Source: Mizuhopecten yessoensis
Taxonomy: Eukaryota
Length of the DNA: 64,000 nucleotides
Assembly: GCF_002113885.1 (NCBI RefSeq)
Contig: NW_018405113.1
Location: 1,512,732 to 1,576,731, forward strand
Reading direction: 5' to 3'
The first letter of the stretch is position 1. Each line of letters starts with the position of its first letter. A program made the position numbers and the translations under genes. The notes under the pieces were generated by a model. That model was not told the DNA's origin. It worked only from the letters and a program-made list of their open reading frames with translations, and did no database searches. This document shows positions 1 through 11,000 of the stretch, one piece after another.

Positions 1-505
1 TTCTTCTCACGATCCAGATATGGTAGAATCAAATACTCTTCATAGATGGAAGGGTTTTAAGGTGCGCTACCAAAATTGTGAATTTTTAACCCCATGGTCT
101 CACGTTTACCCCTGGGGAAGGGGGGGGGGTGGCAAAATTTATTATGGTATATATTGGCAAATGATACTTTAGATATTACATGTTGATAACTTGATTGGAA
201 TTATAACCCTGAGTTGACAATTTGATACTTTGAACATTTTGAACCAGCCCTACCCCCAAGGGCTGTAGGGCGGGGCCCAAAGGAGTCAGTGTGCTAAAAT
301 TTTTCATTTTCTTTGTTTAGAATCAGAGGTACTAGTTTCAAATACTTTTCAGTCTTAAATCTGTATGATAGATATTGAATAAGGTGGTTTTATTGTTTTT
401 TTGTCACTTTGAATAATAATTCTGTTCATGTTTTAAACCAAAATCAACCCCCTGTATAAACATATCAGAAATCAGGTGACCGTTAAGGCCCATGGGCTTC
501 TTGTT
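1..505 (+). mobile_element. 3' part of a non-autonomous Helentron/HINE-like element
   Basis: Ends with caggtgaccgttaaggcccatgggcttcttgtt (short hairpin then cttgtt). The same type of terminus occurs at ~55015-55050 and ~56655-56690. Confidence 0.6.
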
Positions 506-765
506 TTAAATTGAAATAGTCCGTTGGTGATATTTGAAACAGTATCAGATTGTTTTTCATAATGATGGAGGTACAATGTATCAGATTGATGTTTCGATAA
601 GTTGATGAAGCTGTTGAACTGTTTTCTACTGCACATGTATTGTGACCCAGTTATATTAAGATTTGTTAGCTTAATGAAGAGTTCTGCAAACGTTTCGTGA
701 AGGGTCAATACTTTGTATTAAAATACTTGATAATTTACTCTAGATAGTCCTCGGTTAAATTGTAG

Positions 766-1455
766 AAGGATGCAGAGGTCGACAAGCAATGATCTGCAAG
801 TATGTGGTAGACATTCAACGTTACCGAGGGGTAGCTAACCTGCTTCTAACCCATATCTGTCACGGGTATGTCCGTTCCGAGCCAGTGTGCGCATGGTTTC
901 AGAGCGTTCAAGCTAACAACAGATATATGATTGACCAGCTGTATAACTTCTTCCGGGGACTTACGGCCATCTTAGAGGGCAGTAATGAAATAGACACATT
1001 GACGAAGGAACAACTTTTTCAGTATCTCGGATCACAATCATCGACAAAGTTGCCATTTTTCTTGTATATTGATATATTAATGCAGCCCCTTGAATACAAA
1101 CTGTCCACTATTAACGCTTTTGTTAAGGAAGGTCATTCCGAACGAATGTCATTCATGGAACGAGTAGATATTCAGGAAATTAGAGTGTTGTCTATTGAAA
1201 ATTTAATCCAGGTTTTGTCGGAGTTGGATACAAATTTTAACATTTCATTCAATGAGATACACGAAGAGAGAAATATGGCGTAGTTTTCAGTTTTCAGCCA
1301 ACGTATCATTGTCCGATATTGATTATAACCCACCCCACTCTGAATACGCCGAAACGTATCCTGGTTATCTACATATCCGAGAAGTACCCACGGACATAGG
1401 AGATAATGATGCGAAAGATAAACGATGCCCCGCGCGGAATGACACCAAGTGGCTA
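766..1455 (+). pseudogene. Truncated pseudogene copy of the gene C terminal exon (psi-C)
   Basis: Reverse complement of ~37720-38424. ORF 789-1283 closely matches gene C (YMID..GLTAILE..EIHEERNMA). There is a premature TAG at 1281-1283 (TTG in C), then a frameshift. Homology ends at ~1455, where the sequence jumps to the equivalent of ~33240. Confidence 0.9.
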
Positions 1456-2323
1456 CCATATAGAGACAGGGGGTCGTAATCAAACAAATTTCGAGGAAGT
1501 GAGCAATCGAAAACGAAACATAACAAAACTATAGTTATCAATGTACGTATAAACACACTCATGCCCATCGGCTGTTAGAATGACTCTATAGCATTGTACT
1601 CGGGCACAATACACATGAAATGACTGTTGAACTATTATAAACTACTTTGTCCGTACACATCCAAAAATATCGTGTGGCAGATTAGTGCAGTCTTTTTTAA
1701 TAAACCGGTGGTGATTATTTGAATGATATAAGGACGTTTTTTTATCAGATTAATGAACTGTTTTCTAAATCGCCTGTATTATGACCCAGTTTTATCAAGA
1801 TAAATAATTCTGTAAAAGGTTCGTGCATCAAATTATATTGATAACAAAACAATTAAATCTAACTTTAAACAAAACTGTAATAATTTGTATTATAGTCTGT
1901 CATGATTGACACGGATTCTCAGTTTGATGACGTCATTGTTAGGAGTTAATCTTGATTTACATAGCGGATGGATACCGCAAGGTATATTTCTTTGTAAATT
2001 TGAAAATACTTCAGGTTTTATTTTTGTTGCTCGCTTTAATATCTCAATGTACTTAAAGGCAAGATAGCGTGGTATACACTTACTTTTTTTTTTAACCGAC
2101 TTGCTCAATTTGTATAAAATCTATTTTATTCTTATACGTTGTAGTAGGTTTTTCAGCATGTATGACTAATGTACACATACCTACCGAACAGAGGAACTGA
2201 CGATATCATATAAGTCAAGGAGAATGGTAATTAAATATTTCCACCGATATGATGACCTTGTTACACAAAAGCCAAAAATAAAACGAATACACATGAGTTA
2301 TTTTTGAATCCAATTAACATGAT

Positions 2324-2458
2324 TTCCGAGAAATCATGGCGGCCTGTCTGCAGATCGGTTTTTCAAGAAATGCTGACGTATAAAAGGCGATCTCCATAGG
2401 TTTATGTTTATATTTCTCGTCTAGGGTGTTTAAACACCAGTTCAGAACTGAAGCCAAG
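2324..2458 (+). promoter_or_regulatory. Putative promoter and non-coding exon 1 of gene A
   Basis: TATAAAA at 2379-2385, donor AAG|GTAAGT at 2458/2459, TTCCGAGAA at 2324-2332. All are conserved in the gene B copy (32339-32474, minus). Confidence 0.6.
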
Positions 2459-2689
2459 GTAAGTAGGGCTTTATTTCATATAAAATGTTTCATGATTGTG
2501 AAACTGTTATATAACAAAATAGATTGATGACATCTAAAATGTTTAGATAACTTTGACAGTTATCAATTTTTACTAATATATAAGAATAGACAAAGTAACT
2601 GTTAGCATGTGCTCTTCTCAAAATTTTACAAAAAATAAATTTTATAATTAACTTAAAAAGAGGCATTTTGGCTGGTTTTGTTTCTTTTG

Positions 2690-5030
2690 GAACAGTTTTT
2701 TATTTGCATTTACAAGATACAATACACATTACAAGGACACAACTTACACTCACACTACCTTACTTCTTGGAATGAAGATTCTTTATATAAATGAACAAGT
2801 GGTTCTCTGTTATGTAATACAAGATAATATAGTATTCAGCTGCACCTCACCATCTCAAAATCGAACGATTCACTCGCAGAAAGGTTTTCATGCCTGAACA
2901 TTTAGAATAGTTAGACAACAAAATGAGCCTTAACTTTTAGTTTAGAATTATTTTAAGTCGTCCGAGATAAAAAAATAAATAAATTGAGGTCTGACTAACA
3001 TTTATGCGGGAATTTAGACAACGTTAGCATGAACTGATTAAGTATACAGGTTACTAGATTTCTATCACTAAAATTGATAGTAGTCTCCATCTTTGATGGA
3101 ATGCCACCAGTTTACCATTGCATGTAGATATATATTTTTCAGTATTATAGTAATTCCTAATATCTTTCTTAACACTTTCTATACATGACATGTCACCTTT
3201 CACACGCTGTTTGTAAATGTAATGCTTAACGATCAACACAATTAGATTTTGGCCTTGATATTGTTTACCATGTTTACCAAAAATAATCTCTTGTTTCGTA
3301 AAGTTAATAAACCACCTGTTTTGGTTTAAACAATATTTTATTTACAAGTATGCTGTACATAATATATAATTTTACATAATGTAATATTAGGGATCTGGCA
3401 ACAAGAGTAGGCTCTTATATTAAGCCATCTCCCAACAATGAGAAGATTGCAGTATAACACAGGTTAATTAACATCAATAATTATATAAATTCAACTGATT
3501 TAGCTAATTTAACAATCAAGGTCGACCATTTGAAATAATAGGTAATAAGATTGGCAGTAGAGAATAATGTTAATATTTACTTTAGAGTATAGGGACTAGA
3601 GATGTAGGGTAATAGTTGGAAAGGGGGGGGGAGGGGGGAGAGCGGGGATTTGATGATGATGAAGTGAAATGGAATTGAAACCTATGCAGTCACCCAAATC
3701 TACCTGTTCCAATGATATACCTATGCACCTGATTAAAAATTTCTGTATCATCATTGCAAGACAAGTTTGGATCACCATGTAATAACTTTCCGATGTCCAC
3801 GATTACCCCTAACTTAGCTATGGTTTCGGCCCGAATTGTGTTCCTACAGTCAATGAGAAAGTGAGAAGTGGTTTTAATGCAACCATGGTTTCTGAAACAT
3901 GATTAATATATAAATGATGGGTTAATGAGCTGCATTCGAGTCGAAGCCTTGTATGAAGTACCTGGACACGCCGTTTGCCGAAGTAGTAGTAATCGGGTAT
4001 CTTAGACGTATTCCTACTAAGGTAACGGAGAAAAGAAGATTTAATTGGGTTGTTCCTAACATGTTCAGGTATCAAATTTTTATTCACGGATGGCTGAAGG
4101 AAAGAAAGAAGACATATAAATATTGGTTCTGCTATATGGAGGGTGCATATTCAAATTTGATCTTAAATTGTAACCTTTAGTGGAGCCGGTGGATGGGGGT
4201 AGGTGATTTCGTAAGTAAGAGGGAGCAAGTCCATTGACTATATTGTACATAGCTTGCATCCTATGTTTATATTTCCTGTAGGACAATGATTCCCATTGGG
4301 TTTCATTAACAAGGGATTGTGAAGATGCGGACTTGGTTGCACCTGTCACAGTACGAGCTGCTTCAGTTTGTATCTTTTCTAGATCAAGAATCTGCTGTTG
4401 GTTGCAGTCCCCCAGACAATATCCGCATATTCTAGGATAGGCCTAATATAAGAAAAGAACATAGTTTCTAAAGATTTCCGATCTAGTTGGAATTTCAATG
4501 ATCTCAATATATCAATTCTTTTCCATGCTTTCCTAAGTATGTTGTCAATATGTAAATTCCAAGAGCAGCTCTCTTCAATGGTTAACCCAAGATGTATGTG
4601 ACTACTGACTTGTACTATTTGTGTATTATTCATTATTAATGGAGGATGATCGACTTTGACACGTTTCCTAGATAGAATCATACTTTTAGTTTTATTTTAA
4701 CCACATGTTTTCAAAAATATCTAATTTTCAAGGAGGTTCCATAATCTTTCAACAAGTTCACATTCACAAAAACATATGTAAAATAGTTTCCTCTGTATGA
4801 TTACAGAAAGTACAGAGGGAATTGTCCAAAGCATTGATTTTTGTTAATAAACTATTAGTTGCCAGTATCCTATGTGTAATTCTGTAACATCTTTTGTTCT
4901 GTAAAGAACAACATTTTGTAACTTTTTCAAGTCTATAACGTCTAAGTTGAGTATGTTTGACCATTTGTCAATATCTAGTTGTATAGCTAATGTTTGAAAT
5001 AAAAATTTCATACATGTCTCTACAACCTCT
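2690..5030 (-). mobile_element. Tx1/L1-like LINE 3' fragment (zf-RVT-like region), interrupted by a nested CR1-like insertion
   Basis: ORF 4764-4964 YRITHRILATNSLL..CTFCNHTEETILHMF and ORF 3054-3239 KHYIYK..EKYI....FHQRW are typical Tx1/L1 ORF2 C-terminal motifs. Absent from the gene B arm. Confidence 0.75.
3341..4699 (-). mobile_element. 5'-truncated CR1/L2-clade LINE with 7-bp TSD (tatttta 3334-3340 / 4693-4699)
   Basis: Frameshifted RT C-terminus: HLGLTI..SWNLHID..IRPILEYADIVW, SFFPSAIRE, HTRLRLECSSL. Removing the insert restores the host Tx1 reading frame. Confidence 0.85.
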
Positions 5031-5085
5031 AATATATATATGCTTTCAGCTGTGGACTTGAACGTATGCATCGTGCCTTGCGCCT

Positions 5086-8000
5086 ATGAAGATGAAGTTT
5101 GTTTACTCATTGCTGCTGCTTATGCTAGTTGCAGTGTGGGCTCATCCTGGTAAGTGTTAGTAGGAGGTATGTCAGGGTCGTAACGATTAAGAGTTAGCAC
5201 TGTTATGGTCCTTGTATCATCTATGGACAAGTCGTCTACAGTGCCAACATAATAAACGATATCAAACGAGTTAATGTCACGGTAATCAATTACCCTTCTC
5301 ACTAAAGGAATATACCAGGCTTCCCTTTAATTGTGATGATTTGAAATAGTTGGGTCGCTACTACAGAACTCTTCCTTTAAATCACAAAAGTTGTCCTGTT
5401 GACGAATAAGTTAAGTAGTCATGGTCTTCTACCAGATCAGTTTCAATCTACACTTCAATATTTACGATCGTAGTCATGATTTGATATTCTGTTTTGAAAT
5501 ATTACTGTCAATCATACATAAAAAGACGTATTCATTATGTCTCGGATATTTCATGACCGATATATACATACTCCCCAACATTATACTGGTAATTTATCAT
5601 GATGAGAGCATGGCATTTTGCCCTCCCGGAGCACTTTGCTTCGCCTCCATTTTATTCTGGGACTTCATGATGACATTCCGGGGCCGTTTCTTTTCATGTC
5701 TCGTTCGTTCCTATTTTGACCTTTTATATCGAGTTTGCATTCCATTCTTGTTTCTTTGTGTTTCAATCGTTAATCATATTAATTAAAAGTAGCACTGTAA
5801 ATACTTGCACTTTACATCAGAAAGCGAGCAAACTTGAGAATAAGGAACTTTTTCATAAACTTCTTAATTGAATAAGTTGTTTGGATAAGTGTTTCATACA
5901 AATACTTTGATCAACAAGTTTTCCTCTTTTATTGTTATAGATTACAGCGAGTCTGATGATGATGACGGTAGAAGTGTCACAACGGTTCAGAAAGCAAGAT
6001 TAATGACAGGAGACATATCACGAAGTAAGCATGCTTCTTTTGCTTTGAATATTTGCTATTGAATAAACCATAGCTATAAACAGTTGGTAATAAGGAAATT
6101 AAGAAAGGTGAGTAACAGTGGGGTATAAAAAGAAGATATCCTTAAAAAATCAGAAATGTGAGTAAAAGTGAAATTTACTTTCTGTTAGGTTTAATCAATA
6201 ACAATAATAGTAAGATCTCTGGAAAGTATCTCTCAGCGGAATTCTGGATAAGTAAGTAGGCAAAAATGGAGTCTAATAGAAATAGGTTTGGTCAGGGCTA
6301 CTCAAAGTGAGTAAATAGTGTGAAGTCTAAGAATAGTAATTTGTGATGAAGACATTTTTATTTTTAGAAGAGTTAATATTTTATAACCTTTAAAACATGT
6401 ACATGGGAATACAGTTTTATGACTATTAGACAAATTTTCACGCTTTTACAATCCCATTTACATTGGCAAAAATATGTAACCGACTTCCCAGTATCGTTAA
6501 CAGTGAGCAATATTGATCTTCAGTGGTGCTAGAATGGCAAGCAAGGATAGCCTAAGCCTATAACATTAAAAACTTTCCGTCACTTGTTGCCGTAAAGTGT
6601 CAACCAGGTGTTGGCCAAACCGTGTTCTATATAGGTTAACCATTGAAACATATTTGTATTATCTTTCTTATTGAATACACCTTTTCAAAAGAAATTCTGC
6701 ATGCCCTTCCCTTTATACACTTGTACGTTAGTTATATTTCTTTATAGTTAGCCTATTGCTGAGGACAATGATAAGTAGTACTAAAGTACATTCCTGCGTT
6801 TATATGGTTTATCATAGGATCGGCCTGTTGACAAGGACACATTATATATGCACGGGTATTCCGGTTTATTGTAAATTTATGTCTTATCAAATACAGGAAC
6901 ATTATCTAATGCTTAAAAATGATAAAAACGTTCTTCTTTTTTTAGATAACAGCAATGAGAATCGAAAGGTCACAAAAGTTCGAAGAAAGAGAGGAATTTT
7001 CGGTGTGGCGTTCCGCGCAACAGCAACAGCAGCGAAAACATGTAAGCGACAGTTGTAATACCATTTTATAATCAAAATAGATACATACTGAAACGTCTCA
7101 TATTGATATTTTGAACATCAAATAGTCTAAAGGTGTTTGTACTGAACATTGATTTGTCATGGTAAGAATAATCTAAAAAAGAAGTATTCGCGGCAAATGT
7201 TTACAATGTATCTATATATTACTGAAAAATTTGACCTATCTAAGGGATTGATAATTTTCTATAATGACAATATTCAGGATTGAGTATATGATTGGTTAAC
7301 TATCTCATGGATTGTTCATCCCACGGATCACATATAACTTGGGTTAACTGATCTAATAGAATGAATTTTCTGATGGTATAACAAATTGATTAATAGCTTT
7401 ATGAATACACATTTTGAATTTTTGATTTCCTCAGGTATTGATCAAATCTTAAAATGCAAAAAAATAGATCATAATAGAACGTTTTATTCGTTATCACCAT
7501 CGTCTGTTATTTATTACCAGGATTACTCTTTGAAAGGAACTTTCATGCGTCCACAAAATTATTTTGTTATCATTATGAAAAATAATGCCTCATTAAAATA
7601 CACACTAAAATATCTGCGGCATTTTTATTAGGTTTTTATTATGATTATTTCCAAAGTCTTATTTCTGGTGTGTATTTGACCAGATAGGTTTATTCGTGTG
7701 TATCTGTCTATAAAATAATTAATCTTACTCTGAAATGAACAGTAAGCACATAGGTTAATAACTTTAAATGTACACAATCGAATGAAACCAACATATATTA
7801 TTAGATATCATCATGACAATTATCTGAAAATACCGTTTATCGTTTTATATCAGTTTGACTATGATATTTTAGGGGTAATTTCACCAATATTAAACATCTT
7901 TGATAATGAAAATAATGATTTTACTTCTACTTACAATTGTGAAATATTGCTGAACGTCAGCGGAAATCATATTGAAAAATGATATGTAAAGACACAAGAA

Positions 8001-11000
8001 GGAAATGTAGCTGACGAAAATATAACACTCTTATCAGAAATATTTGTACTTTATTCAGTTTGCTTTATTTGTAATAGCTATTTTATGAACTCTTTTAAAC
8101 AGTCATTAAAGCACTCATAAAGAACGTGCCGAGAGCTGTGTCTTCATTTTCGAAGATCGTCGGGAAGGTTGGGAAAGCAATGGAGTATGTAGAGGTGGGA
8201 ATCACAGTTGTTCAAGCTATATCAGGTATGTCAATAGCAGAGTGAACATGTAGTATAAGGTTAAAATGTATACTGTTTACCATTGATTCTAGTTTTATTA
8301 TTTCACAATGTTGCATCTAAAGGTATTTCACGATTAATTATTTTCATTACATCAGAAGTAACATACAATATTCCCTGATCGTGCCGAAATGACTAGCATG
8401 ATCTTATGCAATACTCTAAATTATGTTCTTAAGTGTCATGGTATTCTGGATAAATATACTTATACCTCTGGCGCTGTGTTCACATACACTAAAGTTACGT
8501 GACGTTATAATGCCCTGTTTTCAATTGTTCACAGTCTCTCATATTGATTGTGAGCTAAATCTCTCCTATATGAGAGTGAAAAATAATGATGATATAATAA
8601 AAGAAACTAAATAAATTTTTCTCCCCAATAACATTAGGGCATTGATTTGAATACGTTATAGTTATAGCCCATTCACTTCTTCATACATTCTTTACTTTCG
8701 GTCCTCTTAAATACAAAATGTATGTAAATATGTTGTTAATATTTGGTAATAATTAAAACACTTAAGGATGTACTCTTCTGAGAAGAAAACAATTTTACGC
8801 AATTTTTGAAAAATGAGTTAGTGGCATAGTAGAAAAAAACAAAACGAATTGCATGTCCGTGTTGATAAACAACTCCTGTTAACGGGGGAGGGGGCAAGAT
8901 CTACACCCTGCCTGTAACCTATTCGGTAAAGTGTATACGCTCTCTATCGATAGGCGAAACGTCCCGGGTCGAGTGCCATAAATAACATACAATTTCATCA
9001 CATCGTATACAAATCGCTCACTCAGTCATAGCTTGACAAAAGTAACCAGTCGGTTTTGAAACGTTGCGACACGTTTAATACATACCAAGTAAAACTTTGA
9101 TATAAAATGTCCAAAGGGATCTAATTGAAAATATAAGAAACACACATTTTCAAAATGGAGGCCGAATTGGTCATTTGTTTTTAATTCATAGTTTTTTTTC
9201 CAGATGGGTGGTTGATCATAACTTGTTATATATTACAAAAACACGTTTCACAAGAACAAAACGAGACTTGAACGTGATTTAAAACTCAGAAGAGTACATC
9301 CTTAAAACTAGTAATACTTACAGTATTGGTGACCTGCATAATCTACTGAATTCGATAGGAGACATTATGACGGTTGCCCACATATGGTACAGGAAACTCT
9401 TGCGTTTTTGCTTTCTGCAAATTTTGTTTCAGCACTTTACTCTGTTTATTTTCCGCTCTTTGAGAATTTTGTTTCTCGATATGGCATGATGATAAATCAT
9501 TTCTAAAAGAAAACCAATCAAAATATTTAAAAAAATAAATGCAACAATGTTCAATGTATACAATTGCAATAAGACCAGAATTCGAACCATTGACTTCAGA
9601 TCATTATAAATTTACTATCGCTCTTACCACCTGAGCTACCTATAGCTAGTCAAAGGAAACACATTAGCTACATGTACGTCGTGCTACTGTTATATCCAAA
9701 ATGAAATTAATGAAAGATTCCTATAAGTAAAACTATATAGAAATTCTTTAGTATTTTGCCTGCAGTAGTACAGGTATTCTTAAAATCAAAGATTCATACA
9801 TTCAGGCGGAATAAACGTTTTATTATTTTGCCTCTTAATTCACAGAATGTCCAGCGGTGAATATTTGCCCATTGAAAGAAGAGCTAAAGACAATCCAGGA
9901 CCACATATATGAAGCATTGAAGACACTGAACCAGACTCACACTAGACTTAGGAAGTGCACTGTTAAGGCGAACCGAGTGTATCATTCAACACAGTTGATA
10001 CTTTCACACATCAAGCATATTACTCAATCGCTTGTCTATATCACCGAAATTTCAGAACTGCGTTATTTGGAAAGCATGGATTTTGTATGCGCTAAAGAAA
10101 ATGATACAATGATCAAGGAATGCTTAGAGGAAAAAATCAATGACATTGAGTTTGTTTACTCACGAATGGCAAAACGTTTAAATGACATTAAACATAACAA
10201 TATGATGCAAGCAGTAATTTCATTTGTTGTCCAAAAGACGATATCAGTGATAATAGGAAATATTGGTAATTTATCCAAGAAAAAGTATGATTTTCTTGTT
10301 TATAAATTTGGCAAGCCGAAAAGCAAATTCAAGAAATTTAAAATGATTACCAAAGCTATCATTTCCGGTCAAAAAGGGAGAGGCAAAAAGGCATTGACTT
10401 CGGTACAAAATGCTGTGTTATACCCCGTTAAAACACTAAAAAACAAGTTAGGAAGAGTATCCCATAAAATGAGATCGCTAAAACGTAGAGTAGTTAACAA
10501 ATTTGTTCATCCGAGACAGGGATACAAACGTCTTTGGAATAACATAAACCCAAGAAAGTTTTCTGTTAGTTCGGTAATCGGAGGATTCGCAAAAGGCTCA
10601 TTTTCTAGTATTATATCTGCAGTCTCGATTTATTTGGAGCAAAAGAAATATGTAGAGCTAGAGGATGATTTGAGAGTGTTTATTCATGACTATCAGAATA
10701 ATTTAAAACAATTAAATGAAACTATTGCTGAGGGAATCGAATCAGAAACAAACTGTACACAATACTTTGATTATTCTATCGGCCTGTTTATAAACGAATC
10801 AAGAACTGTTGTTGAAACACTTGAGTTGTTTGACCACATGATACCCAACACAACGGCATTAGAAGAAATAGATCTCACACAATTTGAAATCAAAACAGCA
10901 TTATACCGAAATGTTTCTGCTATCTTACTTGGTAACGTTGACAAGGGTAACATACATCTAAAACAAAATGAACTATTACATATCTTAGAAAACGACTTTT

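Noticed and set aside
6980-7041. Endogenous viral (influenza HA-like) glycoprotein origin for RRKR/GLFG
   Set aside because: Only a short motif matches. It is spread over spliceosomal exons, there is no HA1-like subunit, and no viral genes or LTRs are nearby. Kept only as a functional analogy.
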